The notes: a model not told the origin generated them from the sequence alone. A DNA stretch of 64,000 nt from Botryllus schlosseri (GCA_051294905.1 CM119371.1:5954001-6018000); one strand, 5' to 3'. Shown: positions 51,601 to 63,480, counted from the first letter of the stretch. Made by a program: numbers and translations.

Positions 51601-54600
51601 TTCTAAGCATAACTTTTCAAAAATTCGTCATGTCATAGAGAAGTAGTCGGTTGTTTTGAACTCGAAACAAATGTACTTCGATTATCACGATGATGGAAAT
51701 TACGATCAACACAGTATTTCGTAAGTGAATGTGTATCGTTTGGTATGTTCAGCAGTCGCTAAATGACAAAAATGGCAAACTGATGCAACCCGGTAGTTAA
51801 ACGATACAGTTACAAATCGGATGTAAGCTTGATTTACAGATTACAGCTTGATGATGTAAAGCTCAACCACTCAAATGTGTTCATTGCAAAGTATTTGACC
51901 AAAAATAAAATATCAAATGGAGACTTCGGTTTCATTACCAAGCGAGTGAAAATTGTTTTCTGCTGGGTGTATATGATTTGCATTTAGAAAAACGATATAG
52001 ATCGATTAAGCGACGCTGTTTCATATCCGTCGAGTGAGTAAAATTTATTTGGAGTTCGGTTTAGTGAGTTGCTAGGGATTCAATCGCATGCAAGTACCGT
52101 CTTTTAGTGACTATGATTACATCTACTTTAGCGAATGATAACGGAAAAATTTTCGGCTGCATTATCGGTGTATGTGTTAGACAAATAATTTTAGTACACC
52201 TAACTATAGGATACATTTGGCAAACATCGTACAAATTGTTTCGTTGTGATGGTAACGACTTTCAGTGGTTTGGTTTCATGTCGGGAATTATTATTTGGGG
52301 GTTCAAAAACAATCAATACTACAAATGAACAACAATGCAAAACACGTTAAGTGAATTACAGCGTAGCAAGTACTTCCTTGATATTACGATTGTTGTGTAT
52401 CAGATATTTCTAACTGAATTGAATGCATCTAGCAAACATATCCCAATTTACTTTTGTAATGATCAAAGTATGTGAAATGGTGCGAATGGAATAAGTATTA
52501 ATCAAGCGGCGGTATGTCAATTCACCTAGCGTGATATCTTGACACCGGATAATGTACGAAAGTGTTTCAATTCTCACTGCTGATTACGATGATAAAGTGT
52601 TGTACCGGTTATTGTTCAACAAAGGAAATTGTTGTTTCATCTTTAGTCTTGGTTAGTGGAGACAATTACATTTGTAAAATATTTCCTGATATCTACAATA
52701 CGCTGCGTGGTTTGTACAAAGGTGGAGTAATTTTCCTATCAAGAACATTTTAGACACACATAGTTTACAACTCAATATGTTAATAACAATGGTACTGAAA
52801 AGTTTGTTGCTGTCACAATGATCTTTACCACAACGCCGGGTCTAATTAACGCGAATAATTTAATAATCAAGTCATGATCAACTATTACATATGTCAAATC
52901 AATGTGTCAATCCTTATGTTTACATCATGATAATTTTCAATATAACACCTGTGTTCGATTGTAAGAAATGAATTCTCAACATGTTGGGCAGACTTTCAAA
53001 TCTCGCATACTCAAACATATTATGTTAATCTCAAGTCACCGGCACCGAGAAGTAATTACTTTTATCTTACAAAATATACCGCAGAGTAATTTCTTTGTCT
53101 CGCAGAATAGTAACGACTTTTACAGTTGAACAAAAAAGACGAGTTGACGGTATATGCCTAAAACCGAACATGCTATGGATTTTAGATTGTAGCGATTACT
53201 CGTGTATGCTTGAATGTTTTCATACTGATACTGTTTGAGTTGATTGGGTGAGTTACAAACGATTTACTTGACAAGGTTTTTCCTTGTTGGCTCTTTGGAG
53301 TATGGTAAGATGGTAAGATGTCGAGACGTAATACTATTTCCGTTAACTCAATTGCAACGAAAAAATAACCAGATAGCTTGTTCAAGGTTTCGACAAATAG
53401 ATTGAAATATTCCGATTTAACTCATCGTGTCGCAACTCGATCGCGGTATGCACAAGTGGTTGTCAAGTTAGAAATATTTACAACAGGTGCTATTTCATTG
53501 ATTGATTCTATTGTGTGTAGTAACACATTAAAATATCGCGATAGTATTTACTGAAACTCTATTTGGTAAACGGAAAACTCAGTCGTGAATAGAGTTGTAA
53601 GTTTCAAGGATTGTTTCAAAGTATGATCTTGAAATGTGACTGGATCAAAGTTGGTAGTCATGTTTGTCAATATATTTCAATTCAGACTATGTCAAAGTCC
53701 AAATATTTCATTTTGGATTATCTGGATTTACCTTCAGTACATCCCGCGAATGGATTCCGATGCGGTACTATAACATTTTTGATAATAATGAATCAAGGAT
53801 TTTCAATCAACAATACTGGAATTTTTTGGTAATGTTAGAGTTGCCAAATGATTAGTTGCGTGTTTTTGTTAAGTGTTTGATTTCAAGTTAATAAAGACAA
53901 TAACTGTGTAATGCACATACTTGTGATTCTTGGTTCTTGTAGAGTTATAGTTGGTATTGATTCTATAAGTGTGAAAACAGTGGCGCGGAATGTGCGAATA
54001 ATTCGATGCGGCTGAAAGTCGGCGTCAGTAATATTCGGGTTACGTTCGATTCAACAAAAGCGCGTTAAGGGATTTGTCAAAGGATTAGAGTTGTACCGAT
54101 TTAAAACATTCAGATACGAATCGACTTGATTTGTGTAGTGAGTTTCATTTCAAGTTGATAAACTAACACATTGATTGAATATTTTCATGGATCTTATCAC
54201 GCAACTAAAGTCAGCCACTATTCTGGAGGCGTGAAACATATAGCGATCGCGGGCGAGTGACAAATTGTTGGTTTTCGAATCACCGTCTGCGACGGCACTG
54301 TGACAAACTTATTACCGAAATATTACCTTGTGAGCGGGTATGAGGGATTGCTATATGTCTGAAGCATTATCCGGTGAGTGGTCGTTGGATTTTAATATTA
54401 TATCACACCCTTTTGAATAAGCGTTCACTTCACAAAGGATTAGGGTTAGAGCGGAAATAAGTGACAATTTGTCGCTATTCAAGTTACCGACACTGGCGGT
54501 ATACGACATGCGAGAGATACCTATACTTGAAAGTACGACGTGCGAGCGCACCCATAAGAACACATGGCGAATCACCACCACAGCCTATACCTGTAACGTT

Positions 54601-54980
54601 ATCATGGCTATATCAGCTAAGTTAACATACCGCCGCGGTCTATACCCGAAAGTACGAATCATCGCCGCGTCCATAAGAATAACGATATATCGAAGTCGTA
54701 TTCACCGTAAACGTTAGGATTCCCTCGAATACCAGACGGCAGGTCATCACCGCAGCCTATACCGAAAGGGTGGGGTCACCAACACGAGTTTTCAAGGTAT
54801 ATCATCACCGCAGCCTATACCTGAAAGGGTGGGGTCATCACCGCGCCCATAAGAAACAATGGCAGGTCACCACCACATAGGGGGTCTAAAAGGGTGGGGT
54901 CATCACCCCGGGTTTTCAGGCAGGTCACCACCCCGCCCATAAGAGCCCCTGCCAGGTCACCAGCGATCTATATAACTATT
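48659..54980. repeat. Right arm of giant inverted repeat (6322 bp)
   Basis: Reverse complement of 41363-47684. I spotted only four mismatches (41364/54979, 43943/52400, 45322/51021, 47577/48766). Confidence 0.98.
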
Positions 54981-54995
54981 GTTAGGTTACCTAAT

Positions 54996-55181
54996 TTAAG
55001 GCTGCTGGTTCAATTTAATCCAATAGCCGCATTGCTAGGAGAGACGAAAGTTATTCATGACTTGATAATAAATTTCAAAATTTTATTCATAATCCATGAA
55101 ATTGACATTGACATCTCTGTAGAAACAATGATCACCGAATATGGTCCAATTCCGACTAGTGGAAGCGGAGTTATTTTCTAA
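54996..55181 (-). pseudogene. Possible decayed C-type-lectin-like exon
   Basis: After acceptor ttcttaattAG it reads NNSASTSRNWTIFGDHCFYRDVNVNFMDYE*NFEIYYQVMNNFRLS*QCGYWIKL. W-x2-FG-x2-C-(F/Y) and YWI-x-L resemble CTLD motifs; in-frame stops, and the middle looks deleted. Confidence 0.4.
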
Positions 55182-57499
55182 TTAAGAAATTTAGATTTGA
55201 AAAAAATAGTTTTTACCCTGGCACATTCCGAAGTATTTACCAATATAGTTCTTAGTCAAATTCATTAGGTAACCCAACAATTGTAGCCAGTACAATTTGA
55301 CAGAAAAAGTCCTTTTTGAACACCCTTGTGTCCTGCGATGATCATTCACGTTTGAGTCATTTGATTTCTTTATTAGATGAAGGGAAGACATCAACTGCTG
55401 ATGGATGCGAAGGTGAACCTGAATGTATTATAATAATAATGTATTATTCTGATTGATAGTGTATGGCACCATTCAGGATTACATGGATGGCAAGAACAAT
55501 CCGACCGCACATGAAAATATGGATCGCATATTTGTTCGCCTGGGATCAATTTTGACCCAGCCTTAGTGATGGCGGGTTGGGGTCATAATGCATTCACTAT
55601 TTGTTACTTACTTCAGAGATAGGGGCGGCTAGGCCTGTATTGAACGGTATGTGCTGCGAACCTTTGTGTTCGGTCATCGCGGACCATAGCTTTGTTGGAA
55701 AAACGACCTATCGTATCATAAGGCCACGTATAAATATCGTCATTCCATGACGTTCTAAATACTGCTATCTCTGTCTAAGGAAACGTGCGATCACGCCTCG
55801 AAAGCTGCTGAATAGGGCCAACGGACTGGTGGTGATTAGACTACCAGACAAGCCGAGACAACTAAATTATTAAGGCTATGGCTGACAGGGAATTAGGACA
55901 AACACAATAATTCGGCATCCCTGTTTAGCTCAACTTAACGGAAGAAGAATTTGAGTCAGAATACAGTGTAACTGGAGAATAGCTCTAAAGTAGAAGCTGT
56001 ATTCTTGTATTTCATTTATTATATACACGGATTTATTATACCGATACACAAAATTTATGTTAAGTTCCAGAAAGTAAAAGACATTTTATTGTGATTGAAT
56101 CGCTAAGTGTGCCCCTGAAAAAAAAAACATCTCGGGGACTATGGAGAGTTCATTTACTCGAATGCAAGGCTGCTCAATTTCCACCTTATAGGAAAAATGA
56201 TTTTTCGCAAAGAACATGTTTGTCTTTAATGAAAGTCTGTTATACGGTTATTGTCTATTAAGTAGAGTGTTTATATTAAATTGCAGGGTACAAATCCAAT
56301 TAGGGATGCACATTGTAGTGAATGTGCAGCAGCGCAGCGCAGCGCGAAAAATTTTAGAAAATATTGCATAAATTTTCAAAAAATACTCTATAATTTATGC
56401 TAATTCACGAAATAATTTGGGGCCCCCTTCGAGCTCGCCCCCCCCCAATTGGGGGGTTTGGGGTGGGGCAGTTACGGTGCTGGTGGTTTGTTAATACTGG
56501 AATCAAAATTTCCTGTCCCCGCGACACCATATTACCAAAAACTAGAACTGGGAGAAAATCAACTTTGAAAATTGAAAAATATTTTGGTGAAAAAGTAGAG
56601 CAAGTATTTGAAATCCCTTGCTTTTAAATGGTGCAGGCATGCTGTATTTAGTACATAGCCAAATTTGAAGACAATTGAATGTGCCTAAATGCAAAATTAG
56701 TCATATAAAGTATGAGTGATTCGATGATTTTTTACTCAAAACTGCTATACCATATTCGAAAAATTTGCAAACCTTGAATTGGACATCAGTTAGATGTTGT
56801 AAAGATGAAACAACATATCAAGAATACTGCAACATTGTCAAAATACCCATTTCAGTTGGTATGGGTGAAGATACTACATCCATATTTCCCCCCGAGACCT
56901 TTCAAACATACAATTTTTAGCATCAATTTCATCATGTCACTCCAATACGAATTTGAGTTGCGCAACCCTTATGCAGTATCCTGGGCGCTTGTGCATGGAA
57001 AACCGTAACTCGTACTTTTTAAAGGAAAAAGAGGGCCTATTCCATAGGTGTAAGTGTAATTTTCACCGATCTATCTGGTGTCATGGGGGCGCACTATAGC
57101 CTATGACGACAGCGTGATGCAAATGATCGCATGATCGAAGGCTTCATATGATTCATATTTCCGACTGTTAATCACCGAGCATATGGATATTTTTTCACAA
57201 GAGCTCCCTCATTTTAGATTACCAATCCACCGAATATTAGCCAATCTCCAGGGCATCAGAATTGCGCCAATTTTCGCTTTGCAGATCTAAATTATACACT
57301 AACAGGTTGCGGCATTATGCTACTCAGATAGTCAATTCATATTTACCATTATATACAATAATAGGACGTTCAGAAACTCTATTTTGCGTTATTCGCTATA
57401 TACTATATACATGGATATACGGTACTATATAACCATAGAAATGATAGAATAAATCACTTTATTTCATAAATTTTAATAATACACTGTGATTGACTCCTA

Positions 57500-59030
57500 G
57501 CCCAAAATCACTTATGGATCAGGAATTGGCTATATAATCCAAATTCGAGCATTGCTGATTGCGATTTCAAATGTAAGGCCTTCGGTCGATTTCCAGTTTT
57601 GTCATCACGTTTAGTAGTGAAGTAAATATATCGACGATACATTCCTATCAATTCACCCATTAATCTGGATGTATAGAGCATTTGCGAGTTGAACCATTTT
57701 ATATAGAATCTCATTACGTTTGTAGCAATCCTATTCAGACGTTTGTCCTATCGCATGACCATACCTAGACGGTTATCACTCTCCTCCCACTTTTTAAAAG
57801 GGTAGGCTATTTTATATATTACCTAATACATTCTGCTTTTGTTTAATTGTGAAACTCGGTTATTGACTTCATCGCTGCATTCAGTTGTTCTATCCCCATT
57901 CAACGCGCGCTCCGAAACACGAGACTTTGTCGAATCACGAGGAAAATAATTTGGCTGCCCACTTGTCGTTATGGAGGAGGCGAGATTACCTACCTTATAG
58001 GTAATCGAGGCATGCCTGCCTCTACAGTCACTGTATGGCCTCTGGTCTGAAAGAACTTGCATCCTAAAACTTCCAGACCTATCGCACTCACATCCCACAA
58101 TGGATGTGCCCAGATTCCGTGCTTGCCCTCGAACTCATTTTCATCATCACATTTGTTAGCGCGTATCCTAATGGCGCTTCCGAGAGGATGGCACGTGTGC
58201 GACTTAAAATATAACACATGACATATAACGACCTAATATTCAAATCAACTTCGCGAATGCTGTTCCCAATATTAGCATGTTGTGCAGCCATCGTCAAATA
58301 TCCAATTGTTCAACCCGTATCCGCCCACGGAACACGTTATGAATGCGAAATTATACTTCCGAAATGCACCAATTCCTTGTTTACCAACAATTGCATTTTA
58401 TCATTCGATCAGATTCAAAGCGTCATGAGCACTTTGTCTGCACATTGCCGTATTTTCACGAAACGATCCACCTTTATATAATGATTGTCGATGTAGCCAA
58501 TTACCCGTGTACAAAGCTAATTTCCACTACGATCGGATAATTATCTGCCAAAACTTCAATTTTGTATTTCCATCGAGTAAATTCATGAACTCTCCACTTA
58601 ATGACTTAGTCGACTCGAATCATAGCTGTTCAATAAGGAAATAGTCTACTATCCCAGAATACTACTCAAATAGGTTTTTCATACATGCAGACATATACAA
58701 CGGTATTTCTACTTCTACTTGAGTATCAACGCTGACTACTTTGACCAGCGTAAAATTTATTTCCTCTATCTAATCAAGTTCTCCGGACAAACTTAATAGA
58801 ATTGAAGATAATAATTGTTGATGCGTCTTTATATCGACTTCATGGGCATCAGCAGTGTACAATGTAGGCCTACGACATTTTCTAAAATACTATCGGCAAC
58901 TGTATCGACATGTAACATATATCGGAAAACAGCTATCATGAACCAAATAAGCAGCCTATTACTGGGTGATATCAATATTGCTTCTTCCGCAGTAATATAT
59001 TGTTTTTTATCGAACATTTTTGGACGCTGA
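57500..59030 (-). pseudogene. Candidate endogenous viral element: decayed L (RdRp) gene fragment of a negative-strand RNA virus
   Basis: Intronless, frameshifted segments in L-protein order: RLLIWFMIAVFRYMLHVDTVADSILENVVGL/YTAD (pre-motif A-like), DGNTKLKFWQII (motif B-like, ~58574-58540), VIGYIDNHYI (motif C-like, 58498-58484), NKELVHFGSII (~58375-58355), ITYKVGNL…YFPRD…VSE (~58000-57910). By-eye similarity only. Confidence 0.4.
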
Positions 59031-59563
59031 GAAGGTAATAATACCTGTGGCACCTTCTCTCGTTCGAGGGGCGTTAAGAAAGTCCCCTGTACAATGTGAT
59101 GATTTGCGTTCGCATTGAGCGACACTCTTTCTGTCATTGACCGTGGTGTCGGGTGATTTCCAGATTCCAACTTCATATCTTCTGTGACTCCGGGCGACGA
59201 CTGAAGGGACCCACACTTCGGAAGAGGTGTCACTGGTTCGACTTTTGCCGGCGTCGGCATTTCTAACAGATTTGAAACCCGGTCCATGATTTCACTCCTG
59301 GCCACTGCAGATTTTGCTTGGCTCCTTAAGACTGGTTCTAGCGAATCGGCAGTATTTTTGGTAGGCCTACTCACTTTCCGGACGGTAGTCAAATAGGTTC
59401 TCGCTTGTTTGACGTCTCTTCTGGCTTTTTTGAACAGTTTTGCCGTCTTGTGTAGAATAGACGTCACCTTTTTCACGAATTTTGCTTGATGCTGATGGAC
59501 ACGTGCTGTCACCTGACCTTCATTAGCCCGAGTCGATAGCTGTCGTTGTTGAGTGGTCTTCAT
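58829..59563 (-). CDS. 244-aa ORF, apparently chimeric: basic/Pro-Ser-rich N-terminal ~180 aa of unknown origin fused to the L-like segment
   Basis: Longest ORF outside the pogo transposase; ATG start; composition changes abruptly near 59030 (…LLPSQRP|KMFDKKQYIT…). Confidence 0.4.
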   Translation of the reverse strand: MKTTQQRQLSTRANEGQVTARVHQHQAKFVKKVTSILHKTAKLFKKARRDVKQARTYLTTVRKVSRPTKNTADSLEPVLRSQAKSAVARSEIMDRVSNLLEMPTPAKVEPVTPLPKCGSLQSSPGVTEDMKLESGNHPTPRSMTERVSLNANANHHIVQGTFLTPLEREKVPQVLLPSQRPKMFDKKQYITAEEAILISPSNRLLIWFMIAVFRYMLHVDTVADSILENVVGLHCTLLMPMKSI

Positions 59564-60060
59564 CAGTTGGGTGTTTTTGCGAAGGGTGCGAGTGTCCTCG
59601 TTACGTTTTCGTAGCCAAAATAAGTTTCACAGCAGGCGAACACGTAAGTGCAGGCCTGAAATAACAAAAGAATGCATCGATATCGTGAAAATAAATAGAA
59701 AAATTAACATATTTCCAGGATTTCTTTCCAATTGAAGCTATCCTCTTTGAACCATTCACTTTTGCCCCTCTACCATTCAACTTCCCAATATAGCCAGACC
59801 CTCCCGACATTTTCTCCCTTAAATATCCAGTATTTCTTATTTCCAATAGCTTATTGCTGCTATCGTCTAAACTGGCTTGAAGGTATAGCGACTCCATCCT
59901 AACCCTGATATTACCTGGAACTCTATCTGCTGGGGTTCATGCAGGGGGTCTGTTCAAGATGTTTCATCTATGGGAAGAGCATGAGTAATAATAATAATCG
60001 TTAAGTTATATTATTCATCTGAACAAGTCACACACAATGTAGAAGGCGATAAGAGACAAT

Positions 60061-60180
60061 GCGAGTGGCGCAGTTGGTTAAGCGCCAGTGTCACGACACC
60101 AATGGTAGTGGTTCGAATCCCGATTCGGACCAACTTCTATGTGTCGGAGGTTTCTCTGGGCTCCTCATCGCCGACCTCAC
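60061..60180 (+). mobile_element. tRNA-derived SINE head
   Basis: Pol III A box TGGCGCAGTTGG (60066) and B box GGTTCGAATCC (60110) at tRNA-like spacing, but no canonical anticodon arm or acceptor stem; continues into non-tRNA body sequence. Confidence 0.7.
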
Positions 60181-60972
60181 TGCAGTTACAGTGTTTTGAA
60201 AAGCCCTGACTGAAAGTGAGCCGTGCTACAAGCTATTTTACGTTCACTGACAAAATGAGAATACCTAGAAATAGAAGTAGAAATGTCAAATCCATACTTG
60301 ACTAAACTTGAGAAACGCAAGGCCATTACAAAATCAAAAATATTCATCTTCATGACGAGAGTAAATTTCTACCCTACCTAGTTTTCTTTATTGGCGGCTT
60401 GCGGTTTCTCCAGTTTCTCCAGCTCATAAGCATAAAATGTCACTTCCAAAACTGTTGCATTGCAATCTAAACAATAACTTACCGATTGCGATCAAGAACG
60501 GATGATTTGGAGCCTCCTCCACGAAGTCTCCTCGAACACTTTCCTGAAAACAGATATGGATTATCATTACAGCACACCTTCATCGACATCACTTGGATGG
60601 CGAGTAATGACTGGCGCAGGGGACAATGATTCGACCACTCGAATCTGAATCGAGTATCAATTTTAATCGTGTACTGAAAGTATACGCTTCTTACCACTGA
60701 AAGTTGATTTAGCAACGAGAATTATTGGAGGTGACTAGAGTCAAGTCAAGTCAAGTCGAATTTTTAAAGTACGATACGGGTACATTGAGTGATTGGTTAG
60801 CAATCCGAACTTATACCTGATGCAGCGATTTAGTCGGCATTGATTACTTACGACTTGAAATTGATCCCTAAATTTGCTTCGAGTAAATCTGCATTTCTGT
60901 AGCATCGAGTCAAGTCGTGACTCGAGTCATCCCAACAATGCGGTATCGTAGCATACGAAACATATAGTACAA

Positions 60973-61530
60973 TAGGCTTACCATACGTCCTCTTTTAAGA
61001 GGATTTGTCCTCTTTTTTGACTTTTTTGAAAGTGTCCTCGGAGGACGCCCTTTTGTCCTCTTTTTTGAGATTTTGTCCTCTTTTTTGAAAATTGAGGTCA
61101 GATATAGAGGAAATTGCGAGTGATATGACGTAAAATAGCGCAGAAGTGAAGCTCCGGCGGGTATTTCGGAGGAAAAGCGGTGATTTCAGCTCTGAGCGAA
61201 ATGAAGACCTTTTTTTTTTTTTTTTTTTTTTTTTTCAGTCATCCACCAAGCAATGTGGAGTGGAAAACGTGTTTTTGAGCTCTGAGCGGAAGTGATGACT
61301 TTTTTTTTTTTTTTTTTTTTTTTAGTCATCCACCTGGCAATGTAGAGTAAAAAACGTTATTTTGAGATCTGAGCGGAAGTGAAGACCTTTTTTTTTGTTT
61401 TTTTTTTTTAGTCAACCGACCGCAAAGTGGGAAAAATTCACCGGTATTTGGGAATTCTACTCCGGTTTTGTATCTTGCAAATTTCTGAAAAAGTGTCCTC
61501 TTTTTGCATTTTCAAAATATGGTAAGCCTA
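60973..61530. mobile_element. Complete hAT-type MITE, 558 bp
   Basis: 13-bp TIR TAGGCTTACCATA / TATGGTAAGCCTA; perfect 8-bp TSD TAGTACAA (60965-72 and 61531-38); subterminal TGTCCTCTTTTT motifs; three internal ~90-bp units each carrying a poly-T tract. Confidence 0.93.
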
Positions 61531-63039
61531 TAGTACAAAGGCTACCATTTTATGATTTGAGGAATGGTGGACAAGAAGGCACGCAAGGGAAATTCACACA
61601 CAAATCCTGGTATAGGCGTATTACTACGTATAAAATGTGAATATATGCTTCGGTGTTGTGGCCCGAGTCGTTGCTAGGTACCTAGGTACCATATATAGTC
61701 TATCACTCCACTGAAATGTACGGTGTAGCATTTACTATTACGCTTCGCATAGGTCAAAAACGTGATTATGACGCCATAGGCAGGTGTTGCACAACGTTAC
61801 GATTGTCGGGTTGTTAGTCACGTGACTAGCGCTTCTCTGCGCGTCATTGTCCACAACAGATTCGAATTTGGCATTCACTGAAGATTGTGTGTACTACCCT
61901 CCGTATCATTCTGGCCTTAGCGGATTGCAGTTCATGAGAAAAGCCGCACACCGCGCCTTCAGTCGACCAAAATTTTTCAACCTTCATGTGTGCTTTGCCA
62001 AGTCTCTGAAAAAGCAATTGTGAATTTTAAGGGCAGCAGAAAGGAAATTTATATTACATATTTGAAATTAGCTTTAGCTTACGCTCTGTTTATGTTTCAG
62101 GGAAAAGGCTTTGTGAGCCGGGGCCGAAAGGGATAGGCTGCGTCTTCAGTTATGTAGGCTAGTACGGAACCCTCTGGCTCCCAATCATGAAGTCATCCTG
62201 AAAAAACTTAATGCAGCAGCAAATGCATGTTTGGTACAAATGTTGCTGTGGTCATTTTTTATCGACCCCCAACACTCAGACTTGTACGAAGTACTGGAAT
62301 TTCAAAATGCGCAACTTCAACTAGAACCACTCAATTTTTTAAACTAGCAACTAGAACAGTGGTGGTCGGTCAACGTTTTCAACCAAATCACCACATTCGA
62401 TTGACGAACTATTCTGCCGGCCACTAGCCGCGCGAAAATTTATTGAGGTTGATCAATTAATAATATTGTCACTTGACTATATTGCAAGCCTGCTGTATAT
62501 CGCTGGGCTCAGTTTGCAAGGACTGGACTATTCGGCACCTGGACATATCGATATCGAAAGCTTCGTCCAACATGCGGCAATCATTTTGTGCCTAGGTTTC
62601 ATAGTCGACGGTCTTTCTGCGAGCGCAAACGGGAGGTCGCGAATATATATATAGTGCATGAAGATCTACGAAAATGTGACTGGTTCATAGACCTACCAAT
62701 GCGTAGGAACTGATATTTCAGTCATCACATCTCAAGTGTTGCGGCCAGACTAATCAAATTTTTGGTTGGCCTTGTAATTACATATATAACTCGCTATAAA
62801 CTTTTTATCCTCTCAGCCCACGTAATCAGATTTACCAGTAGCACTGAGTGAGCTGTTGTATAGGAAAATAAAGGGCACGTAATTAATAATTAAACATATT
62901 CGGGCGTGCCCGCAGGTACAATTATTCGTTACCAGGGCCGTAGCAACACTTCGTCAGCACCCCTCTGTGCAACTTTGCATTTATTCATAGGTTAAATACC
63001 GTAATAAATGATCAAACTGAAATAAAAAATAACAGTTGC

Positions 63040-63480
63040 ATCGACTAGCCTAATCCCTATTGCTCCAACAACACACAAGACGTGGGTGCCAATACATACA
63101 TGCACGCACGCACGCACGTCGCACAATCACAACAACAAGAAGACGAGATCGCTCATGCGTTTAGGGAACCTATTAGATAGAGAGATAGTAGTAAGAGATA
63201 ATCACACATCCCCCCCAACTCCTAACAAAATCAACGAGCATTGAGTGAGGAGTTCAAAATACAGCGAGTAGAGAACGTCCAACCAAATACTCTAATGGCG
63301 ATTGAAGCGGGAATCAACATAAAATTTGTGCCCCAATAACGTAGTCCTTGTGCCATACTGGCGGAGTAACATTTCTGCCCGAGCGCTGGCGTCTATCATT
63401 AGACGGTGCGGCAACACTAGTGTCGTCGATCGGTACTTCAACTGGTTGGTTCTGGTTCTGGTTGTGTTCTTTCATTCTGT
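63040..63480 (-). mobile_element. 3' end of an LTR retrotransposon: pol C-terminus, PPT and start of 3' LTR
   Basis: Minus-strand RRQRSGRNVTPPVWHKDYV, the R-S-x-R…P-x-W-x2-DY tail common in Gypsy/Bel pol. Then a purine tract AGGAGTTGGGGGGGA followed directly by TGTGTG at 63208. Far end of LTR not defined. Confidence 0.7.

Larger units (their letters stand above)
41363..54980. mobile_element. Non-autonomous Polinton/Maverick-like element, 13,618 bp, with 6.3-kb inverted arms
   Basis: Left terminus AGTAGTTATATAGATC, right terminus GATCTATATAACTATT (one mismatch). 6-bp TSD GTTAGG at 41357-41362 and 54981-54986. GC-rich subterminal repeats. AG(T)-repeat termini with a 6-bp TSD are established Polinton hallmarks. 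No integrase, pPolB, ATPase, protease or capsid ORF recognised. Confidence 0.8.

Noticed and set aside
51900..51990. MATH-domain call from KWRLRFHY…GVYDLHL
   Set aside because: Too short and stop-flanked to support a domain assignment by eye.
41363..54980. Giant inverted repeat as a pure assembly or fold-back artefact
   Set aside because: Mirroring ends exactly at the termini, a direct 6-bp TSD flanks both ends, the empty site rebuilds a MITE TIR, and the arms differ at several bases. Read-level confirmation is still advisable.
41093..55420. Direct repeats 41093-41252 and 55265-55420 as LTRs, a long TSD, or duplicated terminal exons
   Set aside because: Better explained as two copies of a small MITE; they are diverged, do not abut the element and lack TG…CA ends.
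60061..60135. Functional tRNA gene
   Set aside because: A and B boxes are present, but there is no 7-nt anticodon loop, no acceptor-stem pairing and no T-run terminator; treated as a SINE head.
59730..60720. Additional virus-like coding fragments on the minus strand (59601-59897, 60479-60715)
   Set aside because: Coding-like texture but no recognisable motif; include them in the same frameshift-aware search as 57500-59030.
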